Assembly (NCBI GenBank): GCA_037446135.1 | Contig: JBBIJD010000023.1 | Span: forward strand, 1-22,520 | From: Candidatus Fraserbacteria bacterium | GTDB taxonomy: Bacteria > Bipolaricaulota > Bipolaricaulia > RBG-16-55-9 > JANLFV01 | Direction of reading: 5' to 3' | DNA: 22,520 bases | Shown here: piece by piece, positions 1-7,905 of the stretch | Layout of the letters: each line of letters starts with the position of its first letter | Numbering within the stretch: the first letter of the stretch is position 1 | Notes under the pieces: model-generated | Database searches by the model: none | The model's input: the letters and a program-made list of their open reading frames with translations, nothing else | Told to the model about the DNA's origin: nothing | Program-made: the position numbers and the translations under genes

Positions 1-1
1 C

Positions 2-604
2 AACTCCTACACGATCATGACGCTCGCTCCGGCGTTTGATTCCTACATCGAGGCCCTCTATACTCTACCGATGGGGCTGGGCACCCTGCAGACCTTCTTC
101 CATCTCACCGGCGGGTTGGCCCTTGGCGGACCGGCGTTCTCCACGATCTTGCTCAGCATGGAGAACCTGAGCCTGGTCTGGTTCGACTATGACTCTGACT
201 GGACCATGACCAGCGCGGATGTGGTTGCCGCATCGATCGGGTTCGATCTGCAGGCTGCCTCCTTCCTCGTCGACGCTCTATTCATCCCCACCCTCGGGAT
301 CGACAAGCTGCTCGTCGAGGCCGACCTCCCGATCTCCTATCCTGAGCCGATCGGGACACTGGAGATCACCGGCTTGTGGTCGGCAGGCACAAAGACTATA
401 CTCGAGTGCACTTGCGATCCTGCAACAGGGGAGCCGGTCTGCGAAGAAGTTGAAGTGAGCGATGGTAAGCCGGTCTTTGCGGCCGTGGACTTCAGCCTGA
501 GCAAGAGCTTCGGCGAGCACAACACCTTCAAGATCGACGCCCAGTTCGGCGTTGACGGCCTGCGGGCGATCGAGTTCGCCGTCGGCGTGACCTTCAGCCT
601 GTAG
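2..604 (+). CDS. C-terminal part of a probable outer-membrane beta-barrel / surface protein (5' end outside window)
   Basis: Frame is open from the window start. Amphipathic beta-strand pattern (AAVDFSLSKSFG, NTFKIDAQFG, IEFAVGVTFSL) with an aromatic residue near the C-terminus; strongly biased codon usage; followed by an intrinsic terminator. Confidence 0.55.
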   Translation, partial: NSYTIMTLAPAFDSYIEALYTLPMGLGTLQTFFHLTGGLALGGPAFSTILLSMENLSLVWFDYDSDWTMTSADVVAASIGFDLQAASFLVDALFIPTLGIDKLLVEADLPISYPEPIGTLEITGLWSAGTKTILECTCDPATGEPVCEEVEVSDGKPVFAAVDFSLSKSFGEHNTFKIDAQFGVDGLRAIEFAVGVTFSL

Positions 605-663
605 TCCTAACCTGGCCGGAAACGAGCGAGGCCCCGGGCCTAAAAAGCCTGGGGCCTCTTTTT
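593..663 (+). repeat. Array repeat R1 (overlaps last codons/stop of upstream gene; includes terminator)
   Basis: TTCAGCCTGTAGTCCTAACCTGGCCGGAAACGAGCGAGGCCCCGGGCCTAAAAAGCCTGGGGCCTCTTTTT; similar copies at eight downstream sites. Confidence 0.9.
628..663 (+). terminator. Rho-independent terminator
   Basis: Stem GAGGCCCCGGGC (628-639) / GCCTGGGGCCTC (647-658) followed by a T-tract, 24 nt after a stop codon. Confidence 0.85.
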
Positions 664-752
664 CACCAGGTTTTGCAGGTATTAGTTTAATATAGAAGAG
701 GAGAGAAAACTGAGGGGGTAAAGACTGAGGAGATATGGGAGGAGGTAATGAG

Positions 753-3149
753 ATGCATAAGGGGGTGAAATTAATTTTTCTAGGGAGGGGCCGAGCTTGG
801 AGTGGGCCGCTCAAGGGCTTGGCACTGCTCTTTCTGCTGACCTTAGCCTGCGCCGTCCCCTTGGCCCAGCCCACTGCGCCACCCACAGGGGACTACGGCG
901 AGGCCCCCGACGGGCTCTCAGCGGGCTACTCCGGGTCGTTCGCGGGGGTGGTCGGCCGGTTTCCCACGCTCTATGCGAGCACGAGCGGGGCCATAGGGGC
1001 TCATGCTCTAGAGGTGCCCTTGGAAGAGGCGGCCATCCTGGGGGATGAGATCAGTTGGGAGACCGATGCCAACGATCCCAACGACCCGGACGGGACGGCG
1101 AACCTGATCTGGGACGACTTCAACGACGGGGTGGAGATCGAAGCTCCAGCCACCTTGGTCTTCAAGGTCAAGATCGGCCCCAAGGCCCCGGACATCACTA
1201 GATACATCAATGTCCTGATCGACCTGGACCGGAGCGGGGCTTGGGATAAGGAAGATGAATGGGTGATCAAGAACTTAGCAATCAGTGTGCTCCCGGGCAC
1301 ATCGCAGGACATCGCCCAGCCGCTCCCTCAGCCGGCTCCGGAAGCAGTAGTCGCCCACCCTTCCCTGGCCTGGATGCGGGTGGCCCTGACACCCAGTCCG
1401 ATCGCTGAAGCGGTGGCCTGGGACGGGAGCGGGGAGTTCGCCGCCGGGGAGATCGAGGATTACCCCGTAGTGGGAGTGGACCAGGGGGCGATCGCGATCG
1501 CCACCGCGGAGGCGGTGGCCAAGGTGGCCGCCCGGGCCCACGCTTTCGCTAAGGCCGCGGCCGAGGCTCAAGCTCTGGTGGCCGCAGCGGTAGAAGCCAT
1601 AGCCAAGGCCGAAGCCGAGGCCCAAGCCTATGCTGCAGTGAAGATCCCCCCTCTGTGCGTGAAAGCCTGGGACTGGGCAAGAGCGATTATTCCTCCGCTC
1701 AAAGCCGAAGCGGAGGCCTATGTGGAGAAGACCGCTTATGAGTGTAAGAGAGCTACCGCAACTGCTTCTGACTTCGATCGCGCAATCGCGCCCTGTCGGG
1801 CCTATAAAGATGCCTGGGCTGCTGTATGTGGCACGATTTCCCAGTTCCAACAGAAGGTGAAGGCCCTAACGGCCCAAGTCCCCTGCGCTACGGTAGTAGC
1901 CCAATTTACCGCGGCTGCGGAAGCGATCTCCAAGGTCTGCGCCGGGGCCTATGCCGAAGCAGAAGCAACGGCACTGGCCTGGTCGGAGGCCTATGCTCAC
2001 GCAGGTGCCCTTGCCGAAGCATGCGCTGAGGCAGAGGCAGTAGCCGAGGCCCATGCCCTAGCCATCGCGGAGGCTTATGCAGATGCGGAGGGCTTCGCTA
2101 AGGCCTGCGCTGAGGCACAGGCGGTAGCCGAGGCCTATGCCAAAGCCGTAGCGGAAGCGAAAGCGAAGGCCCTCGCTGCGGCCGAGGCGGCCGCGAGGGC
2201 GGTGAGCATCGCCGAATCTTCGGCAAGAGCGGCAGCGATCGCCGCGGCCCAAGCGACGGCCGCAGTTCAAGCTAAGGGACTGAGCCTGGCCTTCGGGGCC
2301 CAGATAAAGCAGACGCTGGTGGTGTTAGGAGCACCGGTGGTCAATGCCCTAGCCGCCGCGCTCACGGCCGTAGAAGCGGCAGCGGCAGCAGCGGCTCAGG
2401 CCCAAGCAGCGGCGCTCGCGGCCGTGGAGGCGCGGGCTCGGGCTGAGGCCGAGGTCGAGGTGCTAGCCGCGGTCTATGCGCGGGCTTGGGCCTACGCTGA
2501 AGCGGCGGCAGAGGCACTAGCCAGGGCCAAGGCTGAGGTTGAGGTGTTAGCCGCGGCTTATGCCCGAGCCGCGGCCTATGCAAAGGCGATTGCGGACGCA
2601 CTCGCGACCGCCAATGCAATATGCGGCGCTAAGGCGGAGGCGAGCGCCTCGGCTCAGGCGATGACCGCCCTGATGCTCTCACTCGAGGGCTCGATCTCGG
2701 CCATCCCGAGCGGCAATTGCCCCCGGGAGATCTGCCGCTTAGACCCCCCGCCGGTGACGGTCCAAATCACGACGACGGTGATCAAGAAGGAGTGCGAGGA
2801 GGAATGCTGGACCGCCTGCGGCGGCTACGAATACGAGACATGCTGGCTGGAATGCGTGGCCGTAGAGTGCAAGGATGTCGAGAAGGAGATCTCGGGCCTG
2901 GAGATCTTAGTCAACGGGCGCAAGTATAAGCCGCCGGTGACGATCCAAGAGGAGATGAAGTCCGAGCTCCGGCTGGAAGCACCGGGGAGCTATACCGAGA
3001 CCATTATCTCCATCTGGCCTCCCTCGATAAGCATTACCGTATACGGCTTCAGCTACTGGGAGTGCGATGGGGTGAGGACGAGGAACCGGAGCTATGCTTT
3101 CACCCTTAACGGAAATGTCACATGTAAAGCGGTCTATGGGGCACAATAA
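753..3149 (+). CDS. Secreted protein: GEVED domain, long Ala-X repeat region, Cys-rich C-terminal domain
   Basis: GGAGGT RBS at 741-746 before ATG 753 (alternative start 735). Hydrophobic signal segment; DYGEAP, VLIDLDRSGAWD..DEW and WMRVAL...GEIEDY motifs typical of GEVED domains; ~400-aa Ala-rich stretch. Confidence 0.75.
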   Translation: MHKGVKLIFLGRGRAWSGPLKGLALLFLLTLACAVPLAQPTAPPTGDYGEAPDGLSAGYSGSFAGVVGRFPTLYASTSGAIGAHALEVPLEEAAILGDEISWETDANDPNDPDGTANLIWDDFNDGVEIEAPATLVFKVKIGPKAPDITRYINVLIDLDRSGAWDKEDEWVIKNLAISVLPGTSQDIAQPLPQPAPEAVVAHPSLAWMRVALTPSPIAEAVAWDGSGEFAAGEIEDYPVVGVDQGAIAIATAEAVAKVAARAHAFAKAAAEAQALVAAAVEAIAKAEAEAQAYAAVKIPPLCVKAWDWARAIIPPLKAEAEAYVEKTAYECKRATATASDFDRAIAPCRAYKDAWAAVCGTISQFQQKVKALTAQVPCATVVAQFTAAAEAISKVCAGAYAEAEATALAWSEAYAHAGALAEACAEAEAVAEAHALAIAEAYADAEGFAKACAEAQAVAEAYAKAVAEAKAKALAAAEAAARAVSIAESSARAAAIAAAQATAAVQAKGLSLAFGAQIKQTLVVLGAPVVNALAAALTAVEAAAAAAAQAQAAALAAVEARARAEAEVEVLAAVYARAWAYAEAAAEALARAKAEVEVLAAAYARAAAYAKAIADALATANAICGAKAEASASAQAMTALMLSLEGSISAIPSGNCPREICRLDPPPVTVQITTTVIKKECEEECWTACGGYEYETCWLECVAVECKDVEKEISGLEILVNGRKYKPPVTIQEEMKSELRLEAPGSYTETIISIWPPSISITVYGFSYWECDGVRTRNRSYAFTLNGNVTCKAVYGAQ

Positions 3150-3170
3150 GGGAACTGAGCAGAGAGGGAT

Positions 3171-3219
3171 GGGCCGGGCTCAGGGCTGTTTGCCTCGTCT
3201 TCGGCCTTGAGCCCGGCCC
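3171..3219 (+). other. Intercistronic GC-rich stem-loop
   Basis: GGGCCGGGCTCAGGGC ... GCCTTGAGCCCGGCCC inverted repeat between the two secreted-protein genes; no following U-tract on +. Confidence 0.6.
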
Positions 3220-3246
3220 CCTAAAAAGAAAGGGGGGTGATCACTC

Positions 3247-5625
3247 GTGCGCGCGAGATTTAGATTTAAGGAAATAAGGACAATTGGTCTAGGCCTTGGC
3301 CTCCTCTTGGTAGTCCTTTTGGGACTGGCCCAGACGGGCACCCCGCCGGAGATCACCTTTATCGATTTCCCGTCCGAGATCCCGGCCGATGGGAGCGAGA
3401 TCACAGGATATGTCGGCTTCAAAGACAAGGATGGAGATATTGCTACCGCTAATTTCGAGGTGGTAAAGGCCGAGGACTTCCAGCCGTTCTCACTCGACCT
3501 GCGACAGTTCAAGGGCTATACAGAGGGCGTCTTCATGTTCACCATCGCGACGACCACGCCCCAGCAGGTCACCCTCAGGCTCACCCTGATCGATGAGGCG
3601 GGCAACCGGAGCGAGCCGAAGGAGTTCTCCTTCGCGGCTCGAGGCGCGCTGGCCGACCTCGTCGTCTCCCTCGAACAGGTCCCAGCGCAGGTGTTCGTCG
3701 GAGCTGCGCTCGAGGCCCAGGCCAGGATCACCAACCAGGGAGTTCTGGATAGCGGCCCCTTCCGCGCAGGGCTCTACCTCTCCCCCGACGCGGAAGTCAC
3801 TCCTGAAGACCTGCTCTTAGGCTCAAAGGAGATTCTCAATTTGGCTCCCGGAGCCTCGACTCTAGAGATATTAAGGGCTGCTATCCCCGAGGACCTCTTC
3901 AAAAAACCGGGCTTCCAGCCTGGGGAGATGTATCTCGGGGTCATCGCCGACGACACCGACCGGGTCCGGGAGAGCAACGAGAAGAACAATGTGGCCTCGG
4001 CGAAGTTGAGGGTGGAGGAGCGTCCTCCGATACCGCCGCCGGTGGCCGATTTTACCGCCTCGCCGACCAGCGGAGTCGCTCCTCTGACGGTCCAGTTCAC
4101 TAACCTCTCCAAGGGTGAGATCACGAGCTACCACTGGGACTTCGGCGACGGGGTCACCAGCACCGAACGCGATCCGCGGCATACTTACCAGAATCCCGGA
4201 AGTTACACCGTCTCGCTCACCGCTAGGGGCCCCGGCGGGGAAGATACCGAGAGGAAACCCGATTTCATCCGAGTCTCAGCAGTCCCGGCGCCCGTAGCGG
4301 ATTTCACCGCCTCGCCGACCAGCGGGCCCGCGCCCCTGACGGTCCGGTTCACCAACCTCTCCAAGGGGGAGATCACCGACTATCACTGGGACTTCGGTGA
4401 TGGAGCCACCAGCACCGAACGCGATCCGCAGCACACTTATGTGAATCCCGGCAGTTACACCGTCACCCTCACCGTCAGAGGTCCCGGAGGTGAGGATACT
4501 AAGAGGAAGCCGGACTTCATCCAGGTGCTGGCCGCCCGGGCGATCTTCAAGGTGGTGGATATCTCGGTCGAGCCTCGGAGTCCGAAGGTGAACGAGACGG
4601 TCACCATCCGCCCGACGCTCGAGAACACCGGGAATGCCAGGGGCACGGACTTGATCAATCTCTACATCGATGGGGCCTTCAAAGGGAGCCGGACTCTAAC
4701 TCTGGACCCCGGCGGGAGAGGGAGCGTCTCCTTCAGTTACACCTTCACTGAGGCGAGGAACTATCGGGTCGAGATCAAGACCAGCGACGACTCCCGCGAG
4801 ATAATCATCACAGTTATCCAACCTCCTCGGCCCGTCGCCCGGTTCAGGGCCGAGCCGACCAGCGGGCCGCCTCCCTTGACGGTGCGGTTCACCAACCTCT
4901 CGCAGAACTTCACGAGCTCCCATTGGAGCTTCGGAGATGGGAGCACTAGCACTGAGACAAACCCTGTCCATACTTACTGGGCTATGGGGAGCTACACTGT
5001 GCAGCTGACAGTGCGAGGCCCTGGAGGGGAAAGCAGTACAAGCCAGGTTATAACCGTGCTCCCTGCACCCAGCGGGCTGTTATACCAAGATGATTTCAGA
5101 AGTCCTTCAAGCGGTTGGTGCACCGGTAGGAGCGCCCTGGCTGATTATGCCTATGAAAGCGGGGAATACTCCATAACCGTGAAGAGGCCCCATTGGCTCT
5201 ACTGGTGCTGGGCTCCCCGAGAGCATTCCTTCCCAGAAGACTTCATCGTCGAGGTCGAGGCCGGGCAAGTCTCGGGCCCTAGCGGGGAATATGGTATCAT
5301 CTGGGGGAAGGATAGTGACAACTTCTACATGTTTGCCGTGAGCACGGATGGCCGATATGGGATGTGGAAACAAGTCCGTGATGCTTGGCAGCCCAACCCT
5401 GTCAATTGGACCGCCAGTTCTGCTATTAACCGTGGGACTGGCAAGAACCATCTTCGCCTAATCGTCAAGGGTAATACAATTGTGCTCATAGCGAACGATG
5501 TCGTCCTCCAGACCGTAACAGAATCCAGTTTCGGCCGAGGCCGCATCGGGCTATTCGTGGGGACATGGGATACTCCCGGTATAGAAGTCCACTTCGATAA
5601 CTTCAAGGTCTACAGCGTGCCCTGA
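3247..5625 (+). CDS. Secreted/surface multidomain protein: CARDB, three PKD domains, second CARDB-like Ig fold, C-terminal ConA/DUF1080-like beta-sandwich
   Basis: N-terminal hydrophobic signal; ADLVV...ESNEKNN (CARDB); three PVAxF.A.PTSG..PLTV.FTN...W.FGDG (PKD); LYQDDF...GRIGLFVGT...VHFDNFKV (lectin-like). Confidence 0.85.
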   Translation: MRARFRFKEIRTIGLGLGLLLVVLLGLAQTGTPPEITFIDFPSEIPADGSEITGYVGFKDKDGDIATANFEVVKAEDFQPFSLDLRQFKGYTEGVFMFTIATTTPQQVTLRLTLIDEAGNRSEPKEFSFAARGALADLVVSLEQVPAQVFVGAALEAQARITNQGVLDSGPFRAGLYLSPDAEVTPEDLLLGSKEILNLAPGASTLEILRAAIPEDLFKKPGFQPGEMYLGVIADDTDRVRESNEKNNVASAKLRVEERPPIPPPVADFTASPTSGVAPLTVQFTNLSKGEITSYHWDFGDGVTSTERDPRHTYQNPGSYTVSLTARGPGGEDTERKPDFIRVSAVPAPVADFTASPTSGPAPLTVRFTNLSKGEITDYHWDFGDGATSTERDPQHTYVNPGSYTVTLTVRGPGGEDTKRKPDFIQVLAARAIFKVVDISVEPRSPKVNETVTIRPTLENTGNARGTDLINLYIDGAFKGSRTLTLDPGGRGSVSFSYTFTEARNYRVEIKTSDDSREIIITVIQPPRPVARFRAEPTSGPPPLTVRFTNLSQNFTSSHWSFGDGSTSTETNPVHTYWAMGSYTVQLTVRGPGGESSTSQVITVLPAPSGLLYQDDFRSPSSGWCTGRSALADYAYESGEYSITVKRPHWLYWCWAPREHSFPEDFIVEVEAGQVSGPSGEYGIIWGKDSDNFYMFAVSTDGRYGMWKQVRDAWQPNPVNWTASSAINRGTGKNHLRLIVKGNTIVLIANDVVLQTVTESSFGRGRIGLFVGTWDTPGIEVHFDNFKVYSVP
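4039..4521 (+). repeat. Tandem duplicated PKD domains (4039-4269 and 4291-4521)
   Basis: Near-identical amino-acid and nucleotide blocks, e.g. CACTGGGACTTCGG and ACCAGCACCGAACGCGATCCGC in both. Confidence 0.9.
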
Positions 5626-5686
5626 GCGAGCCTGAGCACTTGAAATGTGCAATAAGGGGGCTCGGAACCTGTAAGTGGATATTATA

Positions 5687-5759
5687 CCTGTAGCCCCTAA
5701 ACTGGCCGGAGACGACCGAGGCCCCGGGCTCAAAGAGGCTCGGGGCCTCTTGGTTTTTT
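5687..5759 (+). repeat. Array repeat R2 (terminator hairpin intact)
   Basis: CCTGTAGCCCCTAAACTGGCCGGAGACGACCGAGGCCCCGGGCTCAAAGAGGCTCGGGGCCTCTTGGTTTTTT. Confidence 0.9.
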
Positions 5760-5843
5760 AATAGCCGTGTGCTTTTGCCAAGGCTACCCAGGCTACGAGA
5801 GGAGAACTCCGCCCGGACTCCTCCTCTGGTCTCACTCCCGCCT

Positions 5844-5872
5844 TTGAGCCGAGGCCCAAGGTGAGGTATAAT
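5844..5872 (+). promoter_or_regulatory. sigma70-type promoter of cassette 2
   Basis: TTGAGC-17 bp-TATAAT. Confidence 0.7.
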
Positions 5873-5933
5873 CCTGATGAACATGGAGGTGGAATTGCCT
5901 GAGATTGACAAGGGCAGGAAGGTGGGCGCTTAA

Positions 5934-6254
5934 GTGCCCAGGAAGACATTTGTCTATCCCGTCCTGCCAGACACATTCATCCGACGAGAGCAGGTGATCG
6001 AACGAGGGAGAGTGCTTCAGTTTATGATCCAGCTCGAGGTCGAAATCCCCGGAGAGCCAAAGCCCAGGCCGGTGATCAGGTATGATACAGCACATGGTTT
6101 TGCTCACATTGATCGCTATAACCTCAAGGGCGAGCGGCGGAAGAAACGGTTAGCTGTTGCCGATTTTAATCAAGCGCTGACGCTCGCCGAACGAGATATA
6201 GGTCAGAATTGGCCTCGATATCGAGAGCGGTTCCTTGAAGGAGGGTTCCCATGA
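5934..6254 (+). CDS. DUF7718-like protein, putative toxin
   Basis: PVIRYDTAHGFAHID motif; GTG start; ATGA overlap with the next gene. Confidence 0.65.
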   Translation: MPRKTFVYPVLPDTFIRREQVIERGRVLQFMIQLEVEIPGEPKPRPVIRYDTAHGFAHIDRYNLKGERRKKRLAVADFNQALTLAERDIGQNWPRYRERFLEGGFP

Positions 6255-6535
6255 AGGTTGCGGAGAAAGATCTCCAGATGGCTAATCGGAACATGGAGCT
6301 CGTATTTGAATTTGAGCGCTATCTACTGGAACATCCTGAATTTCAGGAGCAAATACCCGCCGAGGCCGTGATCTGTTTCCAATTGGAGGGGGATTCTGCC
6401 TTCAATGAGTGGAGCCGGAAGCTCGGTCAAGAGCGGGCGGCCAGGGAGGGTAAGCCCCTCATCCTGGTGAAGATTGGGCGCTTGGGGCCTGTCCGATCAA
6501 GGATCGAGAACCTGGAGTTTGTCAGACAGAGTTGA
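6251..6535 (+). CDS. DUF5647-like protein, putative antitoxin
   Basis: NMELVFEFERYLLEHPEF...IP..AVI...EGD..FNEWSR pattern; translationally coupled to the upstream ORF. Confidence 0.65.
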   Translation: MKVAEKDLQMANRNMELVFEFERYLLEHPEFQEQIPAEAVICFQLEGDSAFNEWSRKLGQERAAREGKPLILVKIGRLGPVRSRIENLEFVRQS

Positions 6536-6547
6536 TCAACGCACCCC

Positions 6548-6625
6548 TCAGCCTGTAGTTCCTAAACTGGCCGGAAACGACGGAGGCCCCGGGCCTGGCG
6601 AAGGCTCGGGGCCTCTTGGTTTTTT
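6548..6625 (+). repeat. Array repeat R3
   Basis: TCAGCCTGTAGTTCCTAAACTGGCCGGAAACGACGGAGGCCCCGGGCCTGGCGAAGGCTCGGGGCCTCTTGGTTTTTT; keeps the TCAGCCTGTAG gene-end sequence of R1. Confidence 0.9.
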
Positions 6626-6656
6626 CTCCTAAGGTCTATTTTGTCCTTCCTCAGCT

Positions 6657-6685
6657 TTGAATTGAGAGCGAGATCGGCTTATAAT
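6657..6685 (+). promoter_or_regulatory. sigma70-type promoter of cassette 3
   Basis: TTGAAT-17 bp-TATAAT. Confidence 0.7.
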
Positions 6686-6746
6686 CTAAATAGGTAGCGG
6701 ACGGCTAGGCTGCCCAAGCGGGAGTATTTAGGAGGAGGGAGTCAAG

Positions 6747-6944
6747 ATGCAAAAGGAATACCCTGTCCCGGACGAGGTTCGTGCCATAAGCAGACACATG
6801 AAGGTCATCCATTTAGGCTATGTGGCAGAGACCGGTGATCCTTGGGCAGAGCTGACCGGCATGTTCAGCATTGGCAGGGAGATCGACGCTGAGGATTTAA
6901 TCAAGAAGAGATGGACAGAGCATGACGAAGGTCTTGGATTTTAA
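6747..6944 (+). CDS. Small putative antitoxin (VapB position)
   Basis: 65 aa, AGGAGG RBS, overlaps a downstream PIN gene; acidic C-terminal DPWAELTGMF..G segment. Confidence 0.6.
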   Translation: MQKEYPVPDEVRAISRHMKVIHLGYVAETGDPWAELTGMFSIGREIDAEDLIKKRWTEHDEGLGF

Positions 6945-7452
6945 AACGGAGCCCCCTTCCATCGGCTACCTCGATCCTTCCTTCTTGGTGAACCTGATCC
7001 TGTCCGATGCCAAGTTTCATCGGGAAGTAAAGGATTTTGCTGAACGCCTGAAGGAGAAAGGGACGATCTTGATCCTCTCCACTTTGGGATTGGATGAGAT
7101 CTGGTTCGCCCTGATGAAGGCCTTTGCCATTAGAGATTATGGACTGAAGGGTTGGCATCAGAAGCTAAGGAGTGAAGCAGCAATCATTAAAGGCTATACA
7201 AGAGATATTGAGAGAGCAACCGCAAGGATCCTGGAGTTGCCGCACCTCTTCATGATAGAGATGGCTTTCGAGCAAGTATTAGGGGCCTTGGGCTTGATGG
7301 CCAACTATGGTCTATTCCCGCGAGATGCCATCCATGCCCATGCGACTCTGGCCTCTGGCGTAAACACGATCATCACCACAGATGCCGATTTCGCTCGGGT
7401 CGAGGAGTTAGTAGTTTATACCTGCAATCCAAAGGCTCTCGCCGCTCAGTAG
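6922..7452 (+). CDS. vapC: PIN-domain VapC-family toxin (ribonuclease)
   Basis: YLDPSFL, LDEI, PRDAIHA and IITTDADF acidic PIN motifs. Confidence 0.85.
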   Translation: MTKVLDFKTEPPSIGYLDPSFLVNLILSDAKFHREVKDFAERLKEKGTILILSTLGLDEIWFALMKAFAIRDYGLKGWHQKLRSEAAIIKGYTRDIERATARILELPHLFMIEMAFEQVLGALGLMANYGLFPRDAIHAHATLASGVNTIITTDADFARVEELVVYTCNPKALAAQ

Positions 7453-7473
7453 AACCCTTGCCTCGTGATCAGC

Positions 7474-7533
7474 AACTTGACGGAGCCGAGCGCGGTCCCG
7501 GGCCTGGCGAAGGCTCGGGGCCTCTTGGTTTTT
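7474..7533 (+). repeat. Array repeat R4 (degenerate 5' half)
   Basis: AACTTGACGGAGCCGAGCGCGGTCCCGGGCCTGGCGAAGGCTCGGGGCCTCTTGGTTTTT; 3' part identical to R3. Confidence 0.85.
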
Positions 7534-7581
7534 AGCGATCGTGGGCCTCAGGGCGGCACTGCGCTTGTCTGCCTTCCGCTT

Positions 7582-7611
7582 TTGCTCCCCAGCGTGACCC
7601 TCTGGTATAAT
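7582..7611 (+). promoter_or_regulatory. sigma70-type promoter of cassette 4
   Basis: TTGCTC-18 bp-TATAAT with TG extended -10. Confidence 0.65.
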
Positions 7612-7644
7612 CTCTGAGCGGCCAGAGCAGCGAAGGGGGTAGAA

Positions 7645-7899
7645 ATGCGGAACACCAAGCGCATTACAGACCTAACACTCAACGATCTAAAGCGGTTGAT
7701 AAGGGAGGCCGTTGAGGAGGCCATCAACAAGCCTCACCCCGGCAGAGAGCCTGGAGGGCCGTCAACGCTGGAGTATCTCAAGGCCGAGTTTAACCCCGAG
7801 CGGGTCGTCTCTCATGAGGATTTGCGTCGGCGGCTCAGTGGCAAGGGCGGCGGGAATTGGGCTCAGGATATCGTCAGGGAACGAGAGGAGAGGATTTAG
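7645..7899 (+). CDS. Putative antitoxin (VapB position)
   Basis: 84 aa, ITDLTLNDLKRLIREAVEEA helix, C-terminal WAQDIVREREER like VapB tails; directly upstream of a PIN gene. Confidence 0.65.
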   Translation: MRNTKRITDLTLNDLKRLIREAVEEAINKPHPGREPGGPSTLEYLKAEFNPERVVSHEDLRRRLSGKGGGNWAQDIVREREERI

Positions 7900-7905
7900 G
7901 ACCGC

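Noticed and set aside
278..886. 202-aa - strand ORF and similar antisense ORFs (17548-18312, 18763-19368, 19426-20049, 21483-22160)
   Set aside because: They overlap well-supported genes or the tRNA on the opposite strand, as expected in high-GC DNA.
3171..3219. Hairpin between the two secreted-protein genes as a tenth array repeat
   Set aside because: It lacks the CCTAA-CTGGCCGGA leader, the GAGGCCCCGGG stem and the T-tract.
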